A stretch of DNA of 63,919 bases, counting the filler, from Klebsormidium nitens (Eukaryota > Plantae > Klebsormidiophyceae): the NCBI GenBank assembly GCA_000708835.1. It is 6 parts of 6 records of this genome, joined end to end, with 100 filler letters (N's around TTAATTAATTAA, not from the genome) between each part and the next. Parts side by side here need not be neighbours in the genome. Positions count along the whole stretch, not along the records: positions 1 to 26,155 come from DF237830.1; positions 26,256 to 44,965 come from DF237946.1; 4 more parts are not named here. One strand, 5' to 3'. Positions 14,601 to 26,256 of this stretch are shown here, one piece after another. A model generated the notes under the pieces. That model saw nothing but the letters and a program-made list of their open reading frames with translations, did no database searches and had not been told where the DNA came from. How positions within the stretch are numbered: position 1 is the first letter of the stretch; each line of letters starts with the position of its first letter. Made by a program: the position numbers and the translations under genes.

Positions 14601-17600
14601 TTTAGTAGGCTGATCTCCTGCCAGAGTTCCTCTCTCATCCTGGGAATCGGAGCTGCCACAGACGAGTTGGATTTTAAGGCCAAGCTTTCCGAGTCATAAG
14701 CTGCCGCCTCAGGGCTTGGTGGAATTGTCCCCCAGCCTGCTTATGCAAGCGAATGTCGCTCTCCATACCAGTAATCTCTGAAGTCGTCTTTCGCCACTGG
14801 TGACTTTATATGATTGGCACTTCGCTCACTGCATCCCCACTGCCTGCGACTCTCTTTAAGCCTGCGGATCGCCTGACTCTCGATCTCCCCACAGATCGAC
14901 GCCCACAACGGCGGTGTGAACGACATCGCGTTTGCGAGCCCGAAGCAGTTGTGCGTGATCACGTGCGGGGACGACCACACGATCAAGATCTGGGACGCCA
15001 GCAGCGGGCGCAAGCAGTACACGTTCGAGGGGCACGAGGCGCCCGTCTATTCCGTGTGCCCGCACCACAAGGAGAACATCCAGGTGCGTGGACTTCATCG
15101 TCGTAGGTTTTGTGCTCTAAGATGGCCCGATTCTGTAGGCGCGGGGGGTTTGTCAATTGGCTGGTGAACAGCTTCACGTTTCGGACCAGACGTGCAGTGT
15201 CCTTGTCGAGGAACTTCAATCCGAAAAAGAAATTGAAGAACAGCGAGCTCACCCCTGACGTCCTCCGTGCTCCGCACAGGCCGGCTTCTCACAGATTGGA
15301 GCAATCCTTTCCGGTTTTTTCAAAGCTCTGCGTTGGCCTGGTTCCTTACAGCTTGTGAGAAGGTTACTTTGGGCACTAGCTTCGTCTTTGTGGATGGAAT
15401 TGCCAGGTGGACGAATAACATAAGTAGCACGTTTATAAAGGAACCTTGTCGGCCTTGCGATTCAGTGTTTTGTAGTCTAGCGCAGGTCCGCATGACTGCT
15501 TTGTCAAATCGAGTGGGGTCAAGCACACACCGGCGTGCAGCTTTTCTGGTCTTCTTGGAATTCTTCCTTTCGCATATTGCACCCAGGGTAGTGCTTACGT
15601 TCAGATATTTCGCACCTTTTCATCGAACCATCTGACAACCAGACCACTACTGGAGAGAACCGGCAGAAACGAATCCGCAGCCTGATTCTACCTTGTTCCT
15701 CTTTGCGCAGTTCATCTTCTCGACGGCGATCGACGGGCGCATTAAGGCGTGGCTGTACGACCACTTGGGCTCGCGCGTTGACTACGTGGCGCCCGGCAAT
15801 TGGTGCACGACCATGGCTTACAGTGCGGACGGCAACCGGCTCTTCTCGTGCGGTACCAGCAAGGACGGCGAGACGAGTCTCGTCGAGTGGAACGAGAGCG
15901 AGGGGGCAATTCGGCGTGCGTACAAGGGCTTCAGGTGGGCCGGTTTGGGGCGTCCTTCTTCTGTCGTTGCTCTGGGGTAGAGTTGTCAAGATCGAATTTG
16001 TGATTGGGGTGCAAGACTTGGTCGGCTTGAGGCCGGTATTAAAGTTGGCAACAGCATTGGTAGCGCGAGTCCCTTCAAATTCCTACATATGCTGCCATTG
16101 CCGCATTTGAGTAATCTATGTCCATTTATGCTCGTTTGTGGTTAAGCAGCATGGAAAGATGACCCACGATTGTTACGCCCAGTTTCGGAACCTCATTCTA
16201 TCCTAAGTCGCTGACTTGCATTCCAACTGCTATCAACGCGTTCATATTAAGAGGTGACCGCCAACTGAAATTTCGTTTCTCGTGCAGGCGTGGCGGCCCG
16301 AGCGGCATGCACGGCGTGCATCAGGTGGTCCAGTTCGACACGACCAAGAATCGCTTCTTGGCTGCCGGAGACGACGGCTACATCAAGTTCTGGGACATGG
16401 ACAATACCGAGATCCTCACGCAGGTCGACGCAGACGGGAGCCTCCCGGTGAGTTGGCCAGACAAACAGTTGGCCATGTACTCTGTTTTGGAGTGTCTGTG
16501 CGCGGTTTTCCATTCGTGGTTTTTCGAGGTCTGGTGATTGTGGTCGTTTTATGAAATCTGGTCGACATTTGCAATGACGGCTTCAATCCTCCGTGAACCA
16601 AGGATGAAGTGCTCGGGACACATCAGTCTGCTCAAGGAATCCTGCGCAGTACTCCTGCTTCCGTCGAGTGTTCGTCTGGCTACGGATTACTACTACTTGC
16701 AGCGGAGCCCGCGCCTCCGCTGGCGACCTCAACAAGCTCAAGATTCTCTTGGCAGTACATTTTGTTCATCGTGGGTGTTGACAGTCTGGGGACTAGCTTT
16801 TCAATTTGGGTCAAGCTAACGAATCTCACTATTCCCTTTCAGCTGAGCCCACGCGTGCGCTTCAACAAGCTGGGCAATCTGCTGGCGGTGAACGCCGACA
16901 ACAACTACTTCAAGGTTCTGGCTACGAAGGACGGGATGGCCCTCCTGCGCGACTTTGACGTGCGCAAGGGCACCCCCCCGCAGCTGGGCGCAGCCAAGAG
17001 CGAGGCGATGACATCAGCGGTGACGTCGTCCAAGCCGAGCACCCCCGCAGCAGGTGAGGAGGAAAATGAAATCGAGCATCTGGTGTTGAGTGGTGCTTGT
17101 CGTTAGTTCTTGCTGCAGCTAGGATTTGGCGCTGTTTTTCAATTCAGCTTTAGAGGTTATTGATGGTCTCGTTGACCTACAGATAATCGTCGTTTGGTTC
17201 ATAAGGTCAGGTAGCAGAGGCCACTCGGAGTTGCAAATCAAAGTAAATGCTGAGAATCTGAACTTCATGTCTTTGTCTGATTTTCAATAGAGGCTCCTTG
17301 AGAAGCATCGGAAACAACCAGCCGCCTCGCTCGTGACAATAACCAAGGCGTGCTTCGATGCAAAGTGCCTGAGATAGGAAGCTGACAAATGAAGGATGCT
17401 CGCAAGCTATCCACCGTTGGTCTTTGCGCTTACGAAGGCTCTCGCTTTTCCCCGTCCAGCCCCCCCCTCTTCCGAGCCGACCCCCCCTCCCACGAGCAGC
17501 AACGTCCCGCGGTCCCGGGAGGAAGAAGTCGTGGCTAGTATCATGGCGGAGAAAAGGAGCGCCAGCCTAGTTCCTCCGACCGCGCCCACTCCAAAGCTGC

Positions 17601-20600
17601 TCGAATTTGCAGAGCCGTCCGAAGTGCGCTCCGTGCGCTGCCCGGATACGCTCCCCCCTGCCAAAGTGAGTGGGCGGGTTTGTTGGTGATCCAGGCTGCG
17701 ATTCGTTCTGCTTCTGGCAGAGGGTCCTGTATGAATCCTAGTGTTTCTCAGTCTAGGTCCTCAACTTGATGCTCGTTCAGCAACTTAATCTTGTCGTATT
17801 GACGGTTGGTTCCTGATTGCCGTTTCGCAAGTGCACCGGCGTAAATATCTCTCCCTTGAACTGCATGCTACAATCATCTTCCTTTCTAAGAGCCATTCAC
17901 ACACGTTGATTCTGTACTTTGAAGCAACCCGGCCACGATCTTATCCAAGTCCTAACCACATATCTCCCCCCCCCAGATCGCCCGCCTGCTCTACACCAAC
18001 GCGGGCACCTCCCTCCTCGCCCTGACCGTAACCGCGGTCCACAAAGTGTGGAAGTGGACTCGTAGCAACCTGGACCGGAAACTGGACCCTTCTTCTGCGT
18101 GGGTCCTATGGCAGCCCTCAAACGGCAACATGATGACGAACGACACGAGCCCCGAGACGCGCCTCGAGACGACGAGCCACTGCATCGCGCTGTCGAAGAA
18201 CGACAGCTACGTCATGTCGGCGTCGGGGGGGCGGGTGTCCCTGTACAATCTGCTGACGTTCAAGGTGAGAAGGGCAAGAAAGGGAGCAGCGCTTTGGAGT
18301 TGGATTGAGGCTATAGAGATGTGGAAATCTTGGGTGTACCTATGAGATTTCGGCTTCCCATTTGGCGGGCCCGTGATCGCGTCATAGTTGTTTCTCACAG
18401 CAGAACAGAAAGTTCCGCGAGTTTATCCGCAATCCTTTGGTGAATTTATTCGCAATCCTCTGGTTCGTTACTGACCTGACAACCTGTCTCTTTCTGCAAG
18501 CTATACATAGGATGCGTTTCGTATTGCTTTTGACATGTCAGAGAGTAGACCTCTTTTCTTTCTGACAATTTCAGGATTCTGAAGAAAAGTTAGATAAGCA
18601 AAGGTTGCACGGCCGAAACGGGACATCTGCGTGGGCTGCTACGAAAAGGTCAACATTTCGGCATAGCAAGATTTGACTCAAAGCTTTTTCCTACTTAAGC
18701 TCATCTGCATATGTGGTGGATATGAGACCACATTCCGGAGCCTGACATTTGCTTCGTCATTTGCTTTGCCCCCTAATTGCCCCGCATCCCCTCCCATCCC
18801 CCCAGGTGATGACCATGTTCATGCCCCCCCCTCCCGCCGCCACCGTCCTGACCTTCCACCCGGACAACAACAACATCATCGCCATCGGAATGGACGACGC
18901 GTCTGTACAGATTTACAACGTCCGAAACGACGAGGTCGAGACGAAGCTGTCCGGACACTCCAAGCCGATCACGGGCCTCGCGTTCCTGTCGGGCGCGAAG
19001 CTGCTGGTGTCTGCAGGGGCGGATGCGGAGGTGAGAACAGGCACCGGTCTGGGGCTTGTCTGGAACGGATCCTGACGGAACGGCAGTTTTTTTGAGCGGA
19101 ACCACTCGGAGCTTTGTGCTTTTATGATGGGTCAGGAAGAGCAGTGGAATTAAGAAAGCACAGGCCTCTTGGAAAGCGGCGGCAGTTGGTTTTGCTGATT
19201 AAGCAGAGGAAGAAGAGGTTGCACATGCAGGACTGAAACTGAGAAAGTTTTTCCACGAAGTTCACCTTCCTTCTTCAGTCTCAGGTTTGCATGGGGAGCA
19301 TCAGGGTTAGTCGAAACGGCGGTCCAAGATGCATTACTGATAAACTGGATCGCCTATTCTTTTCTCAAACACTCAATCAGCTGATTCTCACTTACGAATC
19401 CCATTGAAAGCCCTGACGTTTTAACTATCAAAAGCGCAGAGGAAGCTAAACGGAGCAACAGTCCAATCCATCTGCTCACTTCATTAAAGCGTGCTTTGGT
19501 CCAGCATACTCAAATCTGCAGGTAACCCTGTTTAATTAATCCACCTCTGCAGGTGTGCGTTTGAAGCATAACCAACTGGTCCAAGGGGCGCTCCATGAGG
19601 TTACTGCTATCAATCCGCTCTCTTACAACGAATGTGTCCATACCAGATACCTTTGCCTGCATTAACCCCGTTCTATTAACCCATCTCTGCAGGTGTGCGT
19701 TTGGAGCATAACCAGCTGGTCAAAGCGGCGGTCCAAGACGTTGCCGCTCACGACTGGCGGCGAGACGCGCGTACAAGCGCACCAGGACCAGTCGCGCATC
19801 CTGGTGACGCACGAAACGATGCTCGGCATCTATGATGTCGACATGCTGGATCTACTCACGAGGGTGAGACTTTAACGCGTATCACAGTTGCTCTTGCGTT
19901 CAATTCTGGGTTTCCAGGATCACGCCCTAGTCGAGCTTGCTGGTTACGCACGAGTTTGTACTCAGGGTCTATGGCGCCAATTTGTCAGACCTGGGGGTTC
20001 TTGATGTTCCGGGGAGGCTTCTCATGTGTACATGGTTTCAGCAGCTTCTGTGAAATTATCGTTCTAACACGCGCGAAGGTATATAAGGAACGATAGTGCA
20101 CCTCGGGTGTAGCAGATAAGCGTGCTCTGGGCCGTTTCCTTGGAGAGTTAAGGGCCAGCAAGCGGCTTCCTGAATTCCCGCGAGCTTTGGAGTGAAATTT
20201 ACATTGACAACTTCAGAGGGTCAAGATGCGGGGCAGTGTTGGTCGAGAAGTGGTTCTTGAGACTTCCGATGTACTCACCGCTGGAATCTCCTTGTAGTCC
20301 TTAGCTGCCGGGCCCAAGGCCGCCCTGTCTTGCTATCCTCTCTCGTTTCGACTACGTCGAACCTCTTTTGCAAACTTCTGCGCATATGTTGGACCAACGT
20401 GCAATCCACTTCTTCTTGCAGTGGAGCCCTAAGGACGCGGAGCACTTTTCGGACCCCATCTCGGCAGCGGCCTACTCGTGCGACAGCGCCTTCGTCTTTG
20501 CCGGGTTCACCAACGGCGCGGTGGCCGTGTTTGACGCCAGCACCCTGACACCTGTCACCAGGATAGCCCTTAGCGTCTACAGCCTCAGGTGAGGAATTCG

Positions 20601-21216
20601 AGACACAGCACATGGTTTAGAGTGTCAGGTAGGGGCAATTCAGGAAGGTCCACGTTATGGATATGAGGTAGGGGTGATCAGGAGAGCCGAACCTTCGACA
20701 TTGATTTCAGGAAGGGGAGTGAACTGGGTCTGGTTACGGAGACAGGCAGGTTGAGACGGTTTCTGTCCGACTTATTCTGCACTTCCAGCGATGAAAAGTC
20801 CTGCTTCAGAGTTTTTGGAGGCGCTCTTTGCTCGTTTCCTTGCTGCGTGCTTGCAGTAGAGTGCCCACAGAAGGAATGATCAGACTGAAGAAGGATACGC
20901 TTACATCTCGCATGAGTCTTTTGCAGTTTCGGCTCCGTTTCGGATTGCGCAAGCTACTGATTACCGCTGTGAAAGGAAGATACTGACTGACTGCCACCTT
21001 TTTCTTTGCAGGCCGGTTTACCCGGTAGTCATAGCCGGCCACCCGACAAAGTCCAACCAGTTCGCTTTAGGGTCAAGCGACGGGAGCGTGTATGTATTAG
21101 AACCTCTAGAAGGGGTCTCCGACTGGACTAAGAAGGAAACGGAGGAGACGGAATCAAAGGCAGTTGTTTCTCAAGCAGAACAGGGGGAGCAATCTAGGAA
21201 GCATGAAGTATCATAG
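8632..21216 (+). CDS. TPL: TOPLESS/TOPLESS-related transcriptional co-repressor (LisH-CTLH-CRA plus two WD40 propellers), 19 exons
   Basis: Exons: 8632-8711, 10217-10396, 10811-10924, 11779-11937, 12220-12406, 12755-12863, 13184-13260, 13651-13789, 14079-14299, 14895-15083, 15711-15934, 16288-16447, 16843-17053, 17460-17665, 17977-18264, 18806-19030, 19693-19863, 20422-20588, 21012-21216. All are GT-AG with consistent phases. Diagnostic peptides: MSSLSRELVFLILQFLDEEKFKETVHKLEQESGFYFNM, SLNWQHQLCKNPRPNPDIKTLFVDHTC, FEGHEAPVYSVCPHHKENIQFIFSTAIDG, VVQFDTTKNRFLAAGDD. Confidence 0.96.
11121..11250. repeat. Degenerate (A/G)GTTATCT-type microsatellite in TPL intron 3
   Basis: Repeated variants ggttatcc, agttatct, attatct, agttatct, ggttattc, agttatct, agttatcc. 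Confidence 0.6.
19523..19583 (+). repeat. Decayed tandem duplicate of the TPL exon 17 acceptor and exon start
   Basis: aaccc.g tt..attaa.cca.ctctgcag|gtgtgcgtttgaagcataaccaactggtc matches 19663-19723 at a 140-bp offset. TGG->TGA gives an in-frame stop at 19562-19564. Confidence 0.8.
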
Positions 21217-22340
21217 AGTAGAAGTCTGCCCTCTAGGCACTCAAAATCAGGGTGAGCGTCTGATCGGCTCTTCACTGTAAAGGAACCTGACGGTCAGGTT
21301 AAGTCAGTTGGATACATTCATTCAGCAACTAGGGTCCAGACGCATTGTCAGTCTCTACTGGTCGCCTCATGGAGTAAGATGGTGTTTAAGGGAATCAATT
21401 CGTGATGCAGTTAGTTTCACGTGCCTGGCCTATGCCGCTTCACCAATGGCTGGCAGTCGTCGCTCTCTCCATGCATGTCCCGGAGGGTCTTGCTTTAAGA
21501 TTTGAAAGTTGCCGTACATACAGTAGATATTCTGAAGTTCCTTTGGAAGTCACTTACCTCAGTCTGACGTACGTGGCATACCCGATCAAATGATCAGTCA
21601 GCGAATATAGTTTGATTCTTAACAGCTCGCTGCAGATCAACCAATATACTTCGATTGCAATCTGGGAGCTCTATATTGAATTGAATTGAATTAAAGTCCG
21701 TTCGGGGCCACGACAGGCCTAGTGGACTACATACCAGTCGATCATTGAGCATGAGGATGTAGTGTGCACGCATGCATCAATTAATGGTCAGCTAGCCTGA
21801 CGGTGCATGTGCGAGCCCGCGTCTTTCAAGATTAATTGTACGTCACCGAAAATGGGGAGCCGATCATTTGGAGCTAGTGCCTCGATTTATTCAATGCCGG
21901 GCCGGCGGTGGGCCGCGCCATGCCAGCCGGCGAGATGGCCTTGAATTTATTGCTTGCAGTCACCTGGCATGACGAGCAAGTTGGCAATCACTTAATTTCG
22001 AATTCGCCAGCGGTCGGGAATGAGTGAGGACATGCATGCTGGCTTGAAGGCTGGCCGCCCACTCAATTGTAGTCGCTTGTAACTTATAAACCCTGACTGA
22101 GCCACGCTGAGCCATCGGCCCGGCAATACTACGGTGAGACCAGGATACATGGAATGACTGCAGCTTGCTATGCCGTCTGCTCAGTGCATCAAATTAAGTC
22201 ATGTCCGACTCATAGGGATATCCTGACTGCTTAAATTGAATGTTCGGCATTACTCACTACAAAAGACAAGGAACTCACCTATCATATGGCAACCTACACA
22301 ATGATCATCCCCGGTCGGCCGCCCCCTCCCTGATCTCCAG

Positions 22341-22799
22341 CTTGACGTCAAGGATGTCATGATGGAGGCTGGCATTGCGAGTGCCGTCCTTGAAGTGCTC
22401 ACGCAGCACTGGCGGCCGATGTCGCGCGTTGGTCTGCCGCTCAAAACGTGGGCCATGTGTTTCCCCGACGTGGGAAGCCTCTGCGCCGGGGAGCGTTTTC
22501 TTGGAGACTATGCGGAGAAGCTAGCGCGTCTTGGACTCGTTGTCGAGAGGTTCAACTCAGCGCAGTCGGGAGGCGGGGGGAGCGGATTCGCCACTGGGGC
22601 GAACACATTTAGGGCGGGGGTTGGAACCTCCGCAACTCGGGCGGTCCAGGCGGCTACTGCCGCCACGGGGCATGCGGCGCTAGATGGGGGACGTGCAGCC
22701 ACGGCGCAAGCCTTGGCGTCCGCAGTGCCTGCTCCGGTTATGCAGGTGCTCCAGAACTTGCCGCAGGCCAACAAGGGCGGGGAGAAGAAGGGAAACTAG
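22341..22799 (+). CDS. Hypothetical terminal exon (Ala/Gly-rich C-terminus), function unknown
   Basis: In-frame acceptor tgatctccag|CTT at 22341, GC-rich ORF of ~150 codons ending in TAG. No upstream exons recognised. Confidence 0.3.
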   Translation, partial: LDVKDVMMEAGIASAVLEVLTQHWRPMSRVGLPLKTWAMCFPDVGSLCAGERFLGDYAEKLARLGLVVERFNSAQSGGGGSGFATGANTFRAGVGTSATRAVQAATAATGHAALDGGRAATAQALASAVPAPVMQVLQNLPQANKGGEKKGN

Positions 22800-23866
22800 C
22801 TTACCATAAAACCTAGCATTTAATTAGAGACACTTTTGATAAACCCTTTCAAGTTTGCCTCCGTTTGGTATTGATAAGTGACTTTTATACCCAGTAGTTA
22901 CGCCATGATGAGGTAGCATGTCATGTTAGTCATGCATGTTGCTTTAAGTTGTTAGTAACTGCTCGGTAACTAGTATGGAACCATTTTTTGATGAAGCCCG
23001 AACTCCGAAATTGCTTGTTTTTTTCGCCATCATTGCATGGGCCCAGGTGCCTAAGCGTGTATAAAAAGAGGTGACCATCATGCATATAGGCGAAATATGT
23101 AACACGCATTGTAATGATATCAATTCGACTCAATGCAAGTGCAGCTTCCAGTCGCGCTAGGGGCGGCTCAATCACGGCGCTGATGGTCACTTGCTGATGC
23201 GGGGTTGCCGCCGTGCAGCATCATACGCATAAGTTCATGGCCGCCACACAGTGCGCAGCCTGCCGGTCTCGCGTTGAAATCACGAGATATTCAACCGTGT
23301 TCGCCATACTAATCAAGTCACGCTCACCGTTGCGCCATACTAATCATTAAGCAGACGCGTGCCCAACTTATTTGCTTGTGTGGAATGCAAAAAAAATCAG
23401 CATTGCAAGTATGGCAAAGGTGTAGGTATTCTCCATTGCTGGCACATCAGAAGCGGAAAGCACTGGCATGTGCAGCATCCAGACCGGACATGTGCGAATG
23501 AATGCAAGCCATCAATCTCTCGAGGCCCTTCCAACATGTAGAACTCCACGGTGCAATTCGTCAACACATGAATCACTGGGCAGAATAACGGATGGCAGCG
23601 GACTGCAGAGCCCCTAATCAGACAATGAACATGTGTGAAAACCAGCCTGAATCAATGGACAGTCACGGTCAACTATAAAAATTGGGCCACCAGCTGTCAG
23701 CACTGAGTCCCGGGTCAACAACCGCGTGTATCATTCAGTGCCGTTAGCTCTCCCATGGGGGAAAGATGCTGTACATAACGACCTGGTTTCGTACTAGCTG
23801 CCTAGCTCTTTATGCCACGCGCTTGCAACCCCTCCTGCCAACACAGGCCGCCCACTCTTAACTCCT

Positions 23867-25613
23867 TTATACAGGGTAAGCATCTCCAAAGTTGGTCAGC
23901 AGCCAGTAAGCCCAGCCAGAGCCCAAAAGGCCGGCGAAGAAGAACCCGCCCGTGAACCGGCTCCACCCCTCTGACGTTTGCAGAGGGTCAGACTCCAGCT
24001 TCCTGCCCGTTAGCGTCAACTTCTTCTCCTCGGGGGTGCTCTCCTGGAACGTTGCGAGCCCGTAGATCGTCAAGCAAATGGACAGGATCACTACAAGACC
24101 GCCAGCGGCCAGGGAACCAGCCTCGGTGGCCACGGCGGTGTTCCTAAGGGGACCGGTCTTGATGAAAGGCCCGGCGAGCAGGAAACCGTGCGCAAGACCA
24201 ATCTCAACTCCCCGGAGCAGGGGATCGACACCGATGCGGTATGCGGGGAGGTTGGAGAGGTACCAGGTGACGGCGGGGGTGGAGGTGACGGGGGTCTCGA
24301 GGAAACCAATGAAGGGGTCGTTGTTGATGGGGGTCACGATTTGTTGCTGCAGAAGAGTAGGGGTTTGGTCAGGTGTGGGACGCAGATGTCTCATTGGTAG
24401 AGGCAATAACTGCATAAGTTCAGCCGAATGTTTTGAAGCGAGAGGAAATGAAATACACAGGCTGGCGACGCTCAGCAAAACGGTCAACTTGGTTGCTGCA
24501 ACACACACAATGGATGCATCAAATCCCTACAGCTTGAGCTGTCAGGAGCCAGATTGCCGACGGAGACAAACTGTCGGGGAATTTGCCAACTGTCTGTGCG
24601 GACTGCCAATACACCCTAGAGTGTTCATACACGTTTAGACAGCTGGCGAAGTTCCTTGGTCAGCACTGACTTTGCTTCAGGCAGCTTGGCCTCTTTACTT
24701 AACCAGCGTCACTCTCAATACTCCTGAAAGGATGGCCAGATGCCGCTGACTGTCTGCTGCTTGCAAGTGAATGTGTCGAAGCAAAGTGCCTACCGAGCCA
24801 CGCCGAGCGCAACCGACTACCATCAGACTGCTCTGAATTGACTAATATCAGTCTAACAAAGCTGCAAAAAGCTGCGGAAACCTCAAGGGCTGATCCCATG
24901 CCCAAAGTTGCGGCCATCGTCATTGCCATTGAGAGCTCCTCAGCACTTCTCTTCTGAAGACTTGGACATGACTCTCCTTTGCGTTTCATATACTCATAGA
25001 CAGCTGTCAGCATTAGCGGACACATTTTAGCCAGTACCCTCATACAAAACACGGAACTGATAGATAGAAGCTGCAACTATTCCCGCTTGCAATCAGTCTT
25101 GATGCTCCAAGCAATAACCCGGCCGGTAGAGCATTGATTTCTGAAATGGCTGATTCTTGTGGAGGTCACATACGCCAAGGCCATTCCTTTGTGACCGCTA
25201 GGTTGCGTCGACAATGTCTTTAATCAAGGTTGTAAGAAGATCTTCTGCTGCTTGTATTCATCATCGTCAATGCCAGTCCTCATTTCAACATGGGACTCCA
25301 TGGCCGCTTGAGAAACAGAATCAGCATTTCCTTAGTGAAGTCGCATGTGTTCGGTTACCGACCTTCTTCTTACTGCAACTCAAGCATAAACTTGATTTAG
25401 GTGAGTCTCTCAAACATTGTCCCTCACCTTGGGAGCGGCGCCTGCTGCCCTGACGCAGAAGTTCCTCACTGCAAGCTTCCTGGGGGCGGACAGGCCCGAC
25501 ACCCTATGTCCAAGGAATGCACGCTTCCCAGACTGCACATTCTGCACAGCCTTTGTGGCCCCGAAAGACAGGGCGGCGGCCTGGGACACGGACGCAGTGC
25601 AGACGGAAGCCAT
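23867..25613 (-). CDS. psaL: Photosystem I subunit XI (PsaL) precursor, 2 exons
   Basis: Exon 25613-25428 encodes the transit peptide [17 protein letters not shown]...RAAGAAPK|gtgagg. Exon 24346-23867 encodes [22 protein letters not shown]...[39 protein letters not shown]...W. Confidence 0.95.
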
Positions 25614-25809
25614 TGCTGCAGAATGTGTTACCAACAGACGCGACCTGACACCCTTGTTTGGCGTCAAAGAGGAGCTTTCGTGTTTTACCTGAAGAATGGA
25701 GGAAACGCCTTCTCTCGAGACAGCCCGCGCCAAGTCACCCTCTCCAAAACAGGGCCTCAATGGAAGAGTTCAATTTGAGCCCAATACAGTATACAATTCA
25801 TAGGCCCTG

Positions 25810-25930
25810 TTGCCACCTCTGAACCACACCTTATCTCGTAGCCACGACCAATCGCAGTAGGTCTGCCAATCAGCAAATCCACTTCTTGCCCGCTGGCTAA
25901 TCAGAGGCGGCCATTCCGCCACGCTGGCAC
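25810..25930 (-). promoter_or_regulatory. Putative psaL proximal promoter region with CCAAT and GCCAC motifs
   Basis: About 200-320 bp upstream of the ATG: ccaat twice and gccac three times. Motif-level evidence only. Confidence 0.25.
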
Positions 25931-26155
25931 GCACTTTTGAGTAAACCTCGCGCGGTCTCCAGGGTGTTTGCCGCGACAGCTATGCGTCGCTTCCTTTAGA
26001 TTCTCGCGGCCGCGTAACTCCTTGAACAGAATGCAGAAGAGGATGCCAAGTGAGCGGGGCATCCTCGGAGTCGGGCGGGAGTGTCGGAGCGCATGCACGC
26101 TTCCAACTTGAAGGGGGCCTACCAAATGAAGTTCGGCATTATCTGAACGGTCCAG

Positions 26156-26255
26156 NNNNNNNNNNNNNNNNNNNNNNNNNNNNNNNNNNNNNNNNNNNNT
26201 TAATTAATTAANNNNNNNNNNNNNNNNNNNNNNNNNNNNNNNNNNNNNNNNNNNN
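26156..26255. other. Assembly gap with artificial TTAATTAATTAA linker; same at 44966-45066, 54903-55002, 57694-57793, 60828-60927; plain N gap at 39532-39568
   Basis: N runs flank an identical 12-mer that gives stops in all six frames. Confidence 0.95.
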
Positions 26256-26256
26256 T

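Noticed and set aside
24078-24638. 186-aa plus-strand ORF
   Set aside because: Antisense shadow of the GC-rich psaL exon.
26200-26211. Identical TTAATTAATTAA palindrome at five places
   Set aside because: Always embedded in N runs and gives stops in six frames; it is a scaffolding linker, not biology.
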